Source of the DNA: Takakia lepidozioides
Lineage: Eukaryota; Plantae; Bryophyta
Reading direction: 5' to 3'
Assembly: GCA_030704615.1 (NCBI GenBank)
Contig: CM060734.1
Coordinates: 59,520,001 to 59,584,000 of the forward strand
DNA: 64,000 nt
Shown: one piece after another, positions 53,395-63,982 of the stretch
Position numbering within the stretch: the first letter of the stretch is position 1
How the letters are laid out: every line of letters begins with the position of its first letter
The notes under the pieces: generated by a model
The model's database searches: none
The model's input: the letters and a program-made list of their open reading frames with translations, nothing else
Told to the model about the DNA's origin: nothing
Made by a program: the position numbers and the translations under genes

Positions 53395-53582
53395 TAGAAT
53401 TTTAATGAAGTCTCTGTAAATGTAAATTCTCTTCCAGAGTATATAAAGAAAATTCTGCCCGACATTCGTGACCCCTCTCCAGTGTGCATTCCAGCCACAC
53501 AATCGCCCAAACCAGGACGCTCCCAAAATCAGAAATGGGTCAGGGCATTTCCAAAATTTTGGCAACTCTAAGAACCTCTTTT

Positions 53583-54331
53583 GGAAATGCGGCACCGCAT
53601 TTCCAAAACAGGGGAGGGACTAATTTTTCCATTTCAATGTTGGCATAGTAAAAAGTAATCTGAATTGGGAATGCGGTGCCGCATTTCCAAAATTTCCTTT
53701 GTCCACACGCCAGTTTTGGCCTCTCCCGCTCATTGCATGGATGCCACCACGCTTACAGAGGTCGAACAAGGAGGTCGAACAAGGAGGCCGACATGGCGGG
53801 ATTGAAAATGCGGTGCCGCATTTCCATATTGGGGATGGTCGTTGTTCGAACTGCAGGCCCATCAGCAAAAATTGGCACCGCATTCCATTGTAAAAAAAAA
53901 GTCGATGACGGACATGGAAATGCGGCGCCGCATTTCCAGAACGGACATCGCAATTTGTCCATTTGCAGACCCTCTCTCGGAAATGCGGTAACGCATTCCA
54001 TCGCGCTGGTCGAAAATAGGTGCACTTTTCGAAGTGTTGGACGGAAATGCGGCACCGCATTCCCTTGTCCAAAAAGAAGTTTCCATTGCCAAGCTGGAAA
54101 TGCGTCGCCGCATTTGCAATGCCAACCTCGTTTTCTGATCAATTTATAGACCCGTGTTGGTATTTCGTGTACCTGGACGGAAATGATGCACCGCATTTCG
54201 ATGTCCGACATGGAAATGCGGTGCCGCATTTCGATGTCCGACATGGAAATGCGGTGCCGCATTTCGATGTCTGACATGGAAATGCTGTGCCGCATTTCGA
54301 TGCGGACATGGAAATGCGGCGCCGCATTTCA
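53583..54331. repeat. Second cluster of the same 22-bp palindrome (13 copies), ending in a 33-bp tandem run
   Basis: Starts at 53583, 53667, 53804, 53866, 53916, 53979, 54043, 54096, 54179, 54212, 54245, 54278, 54310. Confidence 0.92.
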
Positions 54332-55110
54332 ATGTCCGACATGGCGTTACTCTGGTATATTCTTGACACATGACTCACATACCGGTTACTCTGCTTTATT
54401 CAACCGGACAGACAAATTGTAGAAATGAGACATCAAATTGTAAACAGTGGGCCAAATCCGAGAGTTATTCAACACAATGAAACACAGTCATACAGAAGTG
54501 AGGTACATTCCATGGCACACTCCAGGGCACATTTAAATTTCCCCCGTACAGGATCCTGGACCGATGAAGATTGGCTGTTGCATGAATGTAGCCGTTTCAG
54601 TTTCCTACCCTGCCATGCAAACTATGGGCACTCACTGCCAGGTGGGCCGATAGCCACTGGACACGACGAAGTCCATCCCCTCTTCGATGTAAATGCGGCG
54701 CCGAATTTCCATCCGGGGGGATGGACTTCGGTGGCAGATCTCAAACTATAACTTGTTGATGAGAAAGATGTATGGGTTCATCCACCACTGGCGTGATGAA
54801 CACGTTCCACCTCCGTCGGTGGGTACGTGTGACCCAGATGCTCCATTTTGGAGGCCGGACTGCTCTTCCGCTTCGTATCTTTTCCAAAATCTAAGGGCTT
54901 CGTAGCTGTCCGCAAGGTCATCGGCATCCAAGTCGTCCTCAGGTCCTCCTTTGCAAGGATGCCGTGCTTCCGGAACCGGGACGACTGCCTGTCGCGCGGC
55001 TTTTACTCACCCATCCCTTCGCTATCCGAGGCGAAAACTCCAAGATAGAAGAGTTGGAAATCTCTAAGTACTCGGCCCGCGCAGAACAATCAGTCATGAC
55101 CTACAGCTAG

Positions 55111-56008
55111 TGTATCATGGGGGTGTTTCCTATTTGTTTCCTTTTCCGCATTCATCTTAGCTACCTTACCATTGATAATTAAGTATCAGTTTGCTTCATC
55201 AATTTATCGGTTTCCTTAACTCCTCCATTCATTCCACAGCTTCACTCAGATCTCTCTACACAGTGTGATTGTATCGTATAAGTATCAGATTATGATTTAT
55301 CAGGTATCAGGCCGAAGCCATTATGTCTCTATTCTTCTTTCCTATATCACTATAGCTTTGCATATAACAAGCATCTACTAATCCTCTTTTCTCCTTCATC
55401 GTGCTCTCCGATCTCCGCTCCCGCCTGTCTCCGAAGTCCTCCCCGAATAATGATCCCCTCATCATTCCCCGTTCTTCCCTTTATCCTCCTATCCGCGGTT
55501 CTAACCGTTTCCCTCTCTAACCGTCGTATGTGAACTAACATGTTCCCTTCACAGGTGTTGTTCCCCACAGTCGTTCCCTGTCCTACTCTTCGTTCCCTAT
55601 TATCGTGACAGCTGTGTCAAGCGGTGACTGGCTGTGTTTGGCTGTGTCGGGCTGTGACTGGCTGTGTGGCTGTGTCGGGCTGTGACTGGCTGTGTGGGCT
55701 GTGTGGGCTGTGACGACTGTGACGGGCTGTGTGGGCTGTGACGGCTGTGTGGGCTGTGACGGCTGTGTGGGCTGTGTGGGCTGTGACGACTGTGACGGGC
55801 TGTGTGGGCTGTGACGGCTGTGTGGGCTGTGACGATTGTGACGGGCTGTGTGGGCTGTGACTGCTGTGTCGGCTGTGTGGGCTATGTAACCCCCTCTACA
55901 GTGCGCTGCTGTCACCCCTAAGGTTCCTGTTTGTCTCAGTCTGTGCAAAAATTAAGGGTACCCTACAGATCCCGTATAAGTGTCTAAGTCCCCTACAGTC
56001 CTCTAACA
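55111..56008 (-). repeat. 3' LTR (~900 bp) containing a GGCTGTG(T/AC) minisatellite at 55607-55885
   Basis: Begins TGTTAGAG directly after the PPT. The distal ..TACA end at 55111 is the best candidate but cannot be confirmed without the 5' LTR. Confidence 0.6.
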
Positions 56009-56404
56009 TTACCCCTTCCCCCTCAAAAAGCCGTGTCCTCACGGTTTACTGTTTCCGAGTAGCAAACCTTTGTGAGTGAGCACCTTGTTGACGTTGAGAG
56101 TTTCGTGGTGGGCTGTGTGTACGAGCCCGAGGTCTGTCTCTGGTTGATGGAGATGGTTGATCACTACCTGGATAAGTGAGGCCTTCTGGAGGCTGATATC
56201 GAGGTAATCTTTCCGGCATAGGAGATCCCCTTTGTTTCTTCTCTTCCATCTGAATTGCATAGTCTTCTCCCATGTCAAAAGAATTTTGTGAAGAAACAGT
56301 TGTATCAGAATCCTCATCGCCTCTCAGGTGTTTTAATTTTCGAACTTTTTGTGGAATCATCTGGGGCATACAATGCTGTCCTACCATGTCTGGAAGTTTG
56401 CATT

Positions 56405-59400
56405 TTACAACCTGGTGTAACCGTTGAACAGCAAAATTGGTGTAGACACTGAGCTCCTTGTCTGTCCAATGAGTGGGGTACCAATTACTGGTGCAGCGTG
56501 CAAGTATTTCCATGCGATATGTCCCTTATAGAAAATGTCATCAAGTCCGAATTTCTGTGTTGACAAATTGTTGCAGGCTGCTTGAAACCATGAACGAATT
56601 TGAGAATCCTTCTGTATCATAACTTTTGGGTCATATAGGTACATATGAGGTGGCACCGAAGGTAATACCCAATGATCTCCACTGGAGTAACTTTGAAAGC
56701 GTGCTTGCATCTTTTGTTGCTCTATGTGGTAACGTATCAGAAAACAAGCAGCGTAGTATAGCCCGCACCCCATGACAATACTTGCTATCTCCTTGGTCTT
56801 GGTATAAATGAGTCCATGTACAACCTGGAAAGCAACCAATTCCCTCAACATGGTACCTGCCTCGTGCCAGTATTGTGCAAAGTGATGATCTTCAATATGT
56901 CGATTGTTTGGAAGAACTTTAGTCCTGGTTGCCACTGGCAGCCAAATACGCATGATTTGGTAGTAATGTGCGAATGACTGCGGAGGACTAAATTCTTTCC
57001 AAGCCAAATCCAACATGATGGGAATTTGGTTGAAGGGCATAATCATAGCCCTACTGTACTCCCTGGCAGCTGGAGTTTTAGGTGGGTTAAAAGCTGCATT
57101 GCCCCATACCTCCGGCTGTGGTGGCTGTGGTGTGGTTGTAGTAACCACAGGTTCAGCTACTGGTACACTGACCTGTTGTGGTGGTGGTGGTACTGGTTCC
57201 TGTACCATTGGCATCTCCTGCACCTCCTGTGAAGACTGAAAAGCCAGAGTTCTGGCTTGCAAATAAGAAGCCATTAGCTGTTCCTGAGGGATATAGACTC
57301 TTTGGTCGATGTTTGAAGTGAGGTCTTCCACTTGAGTCTGGAGTCCGTCTACATCCTCTTGTAACTCTGCTATCCTACTATAGACATTGTCTATAGTAGT
57401 TGTGGCAATGTTCTGCACCTGCAGTCTGAGCTCATTCATCTCGCTTTGGGTGAGCTTCCGTGGGGCTTTGCCTTCTACTGGCCCTTGTGCTAACCAGACC
57501 TGCATAAGGCTGTTATCCACCAAGCTGCTTGTGGTTCCCCTGAGAGTTTGCTCCTCTCTTAGCTTATACAATTCCAACTGCTGTTGTAAAGCCTTCATGC
57601 GCTTCGCCTGTGGCTCAACCAATTGCGCATAGGCAGCAAGTAGATTATTGGCTTCTTTCGAAGCCTTGTTACTGACCGCGATTTCATTTCTATTGGCCAC
57701 GATGGTTTGTTGCAACTCCACGATGTATTTCTCATTCTCAGCTTCCATCTGCCTGTATTGCTTGAAAGTATCTTCATTGCGACAGATTGTATTCTTCATA
57801 TCGACAATGAGCTTCATGTGCTCCACATTCTCTTCTTCTGCCTTCGTACATTTTTCCGCTTGACTGTTTATTTCTTTTGTTGATTGGTCAAGCATAGTTG
57901 TAAATGTAGCGCATTGTATCGCCATCCTGTTATGCACTGTCTGCAACTCCGTATGTAGTGCATTCAGTTCTTGCAACTTGCTTTCATGCTGCACCTGCAT
58001 TTGGTATAGCTGTTGCTTATGTGCTTCGTGCAACTGGTCTTGCGCGAGGCCTGCCTCAATCAATTGTTGCTTGGCCAATTGCAAAGCCATTTCTGTATTG
58101 GCCAAGTCCTGCTTCATCTTGAGAGTGACCTCTTCATCGACCTTGTTTGCACACTCAGTGGCAAGTCGAGCCTCAAACTCCTTCCTGAGTTCTTCTTTCA
58201 AGGCTGTCAATTGGGTAATTGGAACATGGGATTTGACATAAGTCCCCAACAAATTAAGTGTCCTGCCTATGGAACTCATCAGCATTGCCTGTTGAGGGTC
58301 ATCATGGTGAGGTTGCTGCTGTTCCTCCCGATCTTCAACAGTATGATGTCTCACTAACCATTCAGACCATTGTCCCACCGGATTTTCTTCCTGAACTACT
58401 TCATTTATGACCGGTGCTACAGTGTCATGGCCTTCCGCCTGTGGTACCTCCGACACAGGTGTGTGCATTATATGTACCTCAGGATTTCTCTTGGGCAACT
58501 GTTGCACCTCTGGGATTTCTGTCTGCTTGACCAGACCAGAATATTCATAGAGAAGGTCCCCTTTCTCTATTTCCGCCACTATCTGTTCTGTAGTTGGAAT
58601 ATCTATCCCTTCACTTTCCAAATCAATTATTTCGGGTTGAGCTGCATGGATAACTTGTGACCTTGTGACAAGTCGTTCAAGTGGCTGTGTTGGTTGTGAT
58701 GCAGAAGTAACTTCTTCCTCCCTCTCTGAAGGTCCTGCTTCCAGTAATAACATTCTTTTGTGCTGCTGTGCCCCTTCCTGGTCATGAGCTTGGGAAACAT
58801 TATCATGCGGAATCCGTGAAGCCAGTGGATCCGCCACTACAGTCTTTCCCCTTCTCTGCCTCTTAGTCTCGGGTTGTGCTGCTAGTCCACCCTCACTGTG
58901 TGAAGAGCCTTGCTCTTCCATTGCAGTTGTTTCTGGCTCAAACACTCCCATTTCCTTCCTTTCTTGTGCATTAAGTATGCCAGAACTAAGGATTATTTGA
59001 GCAATGATTGGGCCAGACACTATGATAGGAGATTTTGCGGTAGTACCTTGTAATCTTTTCATCTCCTCTACCAGTGCGTTGTACATTATGTCCGCCCATG
59101 GTACCTCTTGTCCCTTCAAGCCTTTGAGGATTTCCTCCGTGAAGGATCTGCTCAAATATTGTTGGTTCTGTTTCAGGGCAATCAGAACGTTCAATACTTG
59201 GCCTATGTCTTTTAACCCTGGGTACACAGCTTTGGTACAAGCATAACCCTGAGTTTTAAAGAAACTCCCTTCTTGGAATAAATCCCCTATTTGCAGTCTT
59301 TCTCTGTGTTCCTCCACATACACATGACCTGCTGGCAATCGAAACAATTGCTGGAGGTATAGGGGAGTAATCATTAATTCAACTCCCTTCACCGTTGTTG

Positions 59401-60226
59401 TTCCTGTCTTTGGCTCAAAGTTCTGCAAAAATTGTAACATGTACTGTCTATGGTGTAGTGTCCAATCCATGCTTTGCAATCCTTCCAATCTCAGCTCCTT
59501 CAGTATCTTTATCGCCTGTGGGGTAGCCATCGTTTGTTTCTGCAGAATTGTGGTGCTCTTCACCCTGATTTCCTCCATTCCTCTCACTCTCTTCATCTTA
59601 GACTCACAGAACTGCTTTGGCTGTAACAACTGCAGGAATGCCTGTAGTGCACAAAGCAGAAACGTATGGTTGCCGCAGAAAGCTATGGGTAATCTCTTGT
59701 AAGCCTGCGGGGCTTGCAAGCATTGTTCAAGAGAAAAGCTCTGCTCTTTCGTTTCGTGTCTCTGCCATTGCGTAAGTAATATTGCGAGCGTATAGTCTGT
59801 TAGTTCCTCCATAGTTTCCAAGTTATAGCATTTATGGCCTGTCCTGTCGAGACGCCCGTTACTCAGAACGACGCCGCCTCTTGCGCTCAATTTCCCTCCA
59901 TTTTCTTGATCATTTCTCTGGTTTTCTATTGGCTGTATCCGCTGTGACTGGATTTTAACTTTTATCTTCTTTAGTGGACTTTCCCTGTTGGATAGTCCAC
60001 TAGGATCACACATGCGACATGAATTCAGTTTTTCTGTACTTGCCGTTCGTTCTGTTTCCCTTTTTCCGTATTCATTAATGGGCCCGCCTTTCATCCCTTT
60101 GACGGCCGTTCTTTTCCTCTTTCTTTTTGACACCTGTCCTTGCACTTCATTCTCTGCTGTGTGTCGCACCCTGACCTCCACGTGTCTATTTTTAAAGTAA
60201 TTTCCGTTTCCTCTTCCGTCATCCAT
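56405..60226 (-). CDS. Extra sense ORF 3' of pol (env-position / Athila ORF2-like), 1273 aa, with a plant-transposon domain and long coiled coil
   Basis: FLQNFEPKTGTTTVKGVELMITPLYLQQLFRLP resembles the putative plant-transposon / Athila ORF domain. Followed by a ~300-aa heptad region. Uninterrupted. Confidence 0.75.
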   Translation of the reverse strand: MDDGRGNGNYFKNRHVEVRVRHTAENEVQGQVSKRKRKRTAVKGMKGGPINEYGKRETERTASTEKLNSCRMCDPSGLSNRESPLKKIKVKIQSQRIQPIENQRNDQENGGKLSARGGVVLSNGRLDRTGHKCYNLETMEELTDYTLAILLTQWQRHETKEQSFSLEQCLQAPQAYKRLPIAFCGNHTFLLCALQAFLQLLQPKQFCESKMKRVRGMEEIRVKSTTILQKQTMATPQAIKILKELRLEGLQSMDWTLHHRQYMLQFLQNFEPKTGTTTVKGVELMITPLYLQQLFRLPAGHVYVEEHRERLQIGDLFQEGSFFKTQGYACTKAVYPGLKDIGQVLNVLIALKQNQQYLSRSFTEEILKGLKGQEVPWADIMYNALVEEMKRLQGTTAKSPIIVSGPIIAQIILSSGILNAQERKEMGVFEPETTAMEEQGSSHSEGGLAAQPETKRQRRGKTVVADPLASRIPHDNVSQAHDQEGAQQHKRMLLLEAGPSEREEEVTSASQPTQPLERLVTRSQVIHAAQPEIIDLESEGIDIPTTEQIVAEIEKGDLLYEYSGLVKQTEIPEVQQLPKRNPEVHIMHTPVSEVPQAEGHDTVAPVINEVVQEENPVGQWSEWLVRHHTVEDREEQQQPHHDDPQQAMLMSSIGRTLNLLGTYVKSHVPITQLTALKEELRKEFEARLATECANKVDEEVTLKMKQDLANTEMALQLAKQQLIEAGLAQDQLHEAHKQQLYQMQVQHESKLQELNALHTELQTVHNRMAIQCATFTTMLDQSTKEINSQAEKCTKAEEENVEHMKLIVDMKNTICRNEDTFKQYRQMEAENEKYIVELQQTIVANRNEIAVSNKASKEANNLLAAYAQLVEPQAKRMKALQQQLELYKLREEQTLRGTTSSLVDNSLMQVWLAQGPVEGKAPRKLTQSEMNELRLQVQNIATTTIDNVYSRIAELQEDVDGLQTQVEDLTSNIDQRVYIPQEQLMASYLQARTLAFQSSQEVQEMPMVQEPVPPPPQQVSVPVAEPVVTTTTPQPPQPEVWGNAAFNPPKTPAAREYSRAMIMPFNQIPIMLDLAWKEFSPPQSFAHYYQIMRIWLPVATRTKVLPNNRHIEDHHFAQYWHEAGTMLRELVAFQVVHGLIYTKTKEIASIVMGCGLYYAACFLIRYHIEQQKMQARFQSYSSGDHWVLPSVPPHMYLYDPKVMIQKDSQIRSWFQAACNNLSTQKFGLDDIFYKGHIAWKYLHAAPVIGTPLIGQTRSSVSTPILLFNGYTRL

Positions 60227-63200
60227 TTTCCTGAAGTTATTATGTGTCCACTTGTCACTGATTCTATGGATCGTGTAACTTTAGTAGGCTGTGTTGAGCT
60301 GTGACAGGCTGTGTCATACTGTGTTTCGCTGTGATAGGCTGTGTTGCACTGTGGTAAGCTGTGATAGGCTGTGACACGCTGCGGTAGGTTGTGATAGGCT
60401 GTGTCACGTTGTGACGGGCTGTGATAGGCTGTGTCACGCCGTGATGGGCTGTGATAGGCTGTGTCACGCCGTGATGGGCTGTGATAGGCTGTGTCACGTT
60501 TGTTTTGCCCACCCCGGTCATATATACTGGGCCTAGCGACAAGTGTTCCATACTCCGTTCGTAACACTGGTGCAGCCCGTGACTGCTCTTGCGGTTCAAC
60601 ATGCAAATCATGCTGCAGGGGTTTGTCATGGATACCACTGTACCCCTTCAACTTATTTGCATTGACTCTTCCCAGCATTTCTTTGTTAATGGTTTGTAAC
60701 ATGGCTGTGTTGTTATCATACATCTTTTGTATGACATAAGGTCCTTTCCATGGTGATTTAAGCTTAGAAGCTTGAATCTTTCCTTTCTTCTGCAACCATA
60801 GAACCAAATCCCCCGTCTTAAAAGTCTTTAACTTGCCTTCATCAAACTGTTCCTTTCTCTTCATCTGAATTCTGGTCATATTATCAGCTGCATCAGCACG
60901 TACTTCTTCCACATGGTATAATTCATGTTTCCTGACTTGATGGAGTCTTGCAATTCCATTCTTTTTCCCCACTCCGTTCTCATGGTAGGTAACAGGAATT
61001 CCACTGGAAGTAAGGCTTCCATACCATAAACTAATTGGAATGGTGTATACTTTGTGGTGACTTTATATGAAGTCCTGTATGACCACAAAGCTGTCAGCAG
61101 CTTTGTATCCCAATCCGTTCTGTTTGCATTGACTATCTTAGCCAAGATAGTACATAGTATTTTGTTGGTAGCCTCTGCCTGCCCATTACCCTGTGGGTAA
61201 TATGTTGTACTCTTTCTATGCACAATCATAAACTCTTTAGTCAATAACTCAATGGTCTCATTCATGAAGTGACTTCCTTGATCACTGATAAATTCTAAGG
61301 GACATCCAAATCGTGTAAGTATGTTCTCGTACAGGAACCTTGCTGTGGACTTGGCTGTGTTGTCCCTCAAAGCTTTAGCTTCCACCCACTTTGTAGTATA
61401 ATCAGTGGCTGTAATTATGTACCTGTTTTGTGTATTCTTGGATGGTGGATTAATTGGTCCAACAAAGTCTAGTCCCCATTTCTGAAATGGTTCCGTAGGC
61501 ATTGTAGGATGCAAGGCCATTCTTCCAGATCTCTGCAAAGGTCCTAGCCTCTGACATTCATCACACTTCTGACAATACTCATGTACATCTTTGAACAAAG
61601 TAGGCCACCAGTATCCTGCGAGTAGTATCTTTCTACTGGTAGTCTCTTCTCCAAAATGACCTCCAGCCACTCCTTTATGAACTTCCTCCAAGACTTTATT
61701 TACTTCATGGTGGTACAAGCATCGTTTTAGTACCCCATCAGGTCCTAACTTATACATTCTGCTTCCTACCATAGTATAAGGTAAAGCTTTGATAGCGATT
61801 CTCTTCCTCTGCTCCTTACCATAACTAGGTGGGCACTGACCATGAGCAAGGTAGTATCTGATTGGCCACTGCCAATCTAACCATTCATCTGCACTTCCTT
61901 GCACCTCCATTACAAATAAACTCGCATCAGGTAACTGATCGTCCACTCCTGTGGCGGCCTCTCCTGTTGTTAGTCGTGACAAATGATCTGCCACAAGATG
62001 CAAACGGCCAGGCTTGTAAATAACCTCGAACTCAAACTCATGCAAGATTATTAACCACCTCGCTATCCTTCCACTTATCAAAGGTTTGTTCACCAGATAT
62101 ATCAGAGCCTGGTGATCCACATAAAACATAAACTTTCTTCCCAATAGGTAATGCCTGAATTTCTTCACTGCATAGATCATTGCCAATGCTTCTCTTTCCG
62201 TTGTGCTATAGTTCCTCTCAGCACTGTTCATCAACCGGCTAGCATAGTACACAGGTGAATCTATATTCCCTGTAACATTCTGGGCTAACACCGCTCCCAA
62301 CGCTTCTCCTGATGCATCGCAGTGAACATGAAATACTACATGCCAGTGAGGGTTAATCAGCACAGGTGTAGTTGTTACTGACAGTGTAAGTTCCTCAAAC
62401 GCCTGTTGACATTCAGCTGTCCATGCAAACACTGCATCTTTCTTCAGAAGCTTGCTCAATGGTGCTGCTATTTGTGCATACCTTTTGACAAATCTTCTGT
62501 AATAACTGGTTTGCCCAAGGAATCTCCTTAAACTCTTAACATTCACTGGTGGTGGAGAGGCTTTAATGGACTCTGTCTTCCTGGGATCCACAAGGAGTCC
62601 CTTCTTACACACAATGTGTCCCAGAAGCACCCCTGAGTTCACACAGAAAGTACACTTCTCTGGGTTCAAGCCCAGACCTCTCATCCTGCATCTGGCCAGG
62701 CATAACTCCAATTTATGCAAGTGCTCATTCTTAGAGCTGTACACACTGAAATCATCCAAAAACACCTGCATGAAATCATCCAGATACTCTTGAAAAGATT
62801 CACTTATCACTCTCTGAAAGGTCGCTGGTGCATTACAAAGTCCAAAGGGCATGACTTTGTATGCATAAGCCCCCCAGTCTGTGATGAAAGCTGTTTTCCC
62901 TTGGTCTTCTTCTGCCACTTGCACTTGATTATAACCACTGAAGCCATCCATGAATGAGTACATCTCATGGCCTGCCACAGTGTCTAATACTGCTTCTGTG
63001 AATGGCAAAGGGAAAGGATCTTTCTTCGTACAAGCATTCAGCTTCTTATAGTTCACACATACTCTTAGTTTGCCATTCTTCTTGGGAACTATAACAATGG
63101 GTGACAACCAAGTTGTATACTCTATTGGGTATATAAACTTAGCCTCAGCCAACTTCTTTATCTCTTCTCCAACCTTCTGTGCGTAGTTGGGATTCATTCT

Positions 63201-63982
63201 ATACCTCGCCTGCTTGATTGGTACTGACCCTGGTTCCAGTTCAATTTTATGCTGACAGACTTCAGGTGGTATCCCTTTTAGATCCTCATAGCTCCAAGCA
63301 AATACATCTCTGTATTTGATGAACAAGCTTTTTGCTTCTTCGAAGAATTCCGGCTCCAAATCAGCTCCTACTTTCACCATCCTCGGTTCCTCCTGAGTTC
63401 CCACATTTACTTCTCTCACCTGCTCATCAGCTGTGATTGTCCAACCAGTCACCACTTCATCCTGTAAGCTCACAGTGGCTGGTTCTTCTAGGATTTCTAT
63501 TTCTCCTTCTCTTTCTTCATAGAAATGTGATGGGTAAATGCTGGTTTCTCTTCAGTTGGTGTTGCTGTCACTACACCACAGCAGATACCTCTCAAACAAC
63601 TTAGGCTTTCCAGCCGCATCTCTGCAACCTGCTCCCATTCTGGGTGTGCAGCAAATAGGGTAGCTTCCTGCTCCTCATCCAGTCCTCCCCTCCAGTCATA
63701 CTCTCTGACTCCTCGAGGTCTTCTTGTAGCAGGTAATCTACTAGATTTCTTTGTGGTAATTTGTATCTCGTGCATCCCATTATGCACAGTTAGTAACTGA
63801 GAATTCCAGTCATGGAATACCCTGGCCTGTTTCAGCCACGGACGTCCCAATAATAAGGAGTAAGCCTCCATGACTTCATCCATTTTTAATACAGTTACTG
63901 TGATCATAAAGATCATTTTCTGTATCTGTATCTTAACTCCTCTTATTAATCCCAATGGCTGTACACTTCTTTGATCTGCCAT
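60091..63982 (-). CDS. pol: Ty3 pol polyprotein (protease tail, RT, RNase H, integrase) with two frameshifts (~63520, ~60940)
   Basis: LLGRPWL; YSFMDGFSGYNQ, MPFGLCNAPATFQR, FLDDF; HCDAS, NYSTTEREAL; HHCC, WGLDFVGP, SDQGSHF, GQAEATN; and WKGPY in the shifted frame. Confidence 0.92.
60286..60500. repeat. 30-bp tandem repeat (about 7 copies) GCTGTGATAGGCTGTGTCACGCCGTGATGG
   Basis: Read in the pol tail as repeated RDTAYHSPSR. Confidence 0.9.

Larger units (their letters stand above)
41241..55110. mobile_element. Large Mutator-like DNA transposon carrying an accessory ParB-methyltransferase gene and palindrome arrays; right end hidden by a Ty3 insertion
   Basis: Interrupts the Ty3 pol frame at about 41240. 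Subterminal CATGAGC repeats at 41259-41505, a MULE transposase, and one palindrome family distributed from 41822 to 54710. Confidence 0.8.

Noticed and set aside
41241-55110. Bacterial or phage contamination or a fresh HGT explaining ParB + MTase
   Set aside because: The gene has nine phase-compatible spliceosomal introns and is nested among plant TEs.
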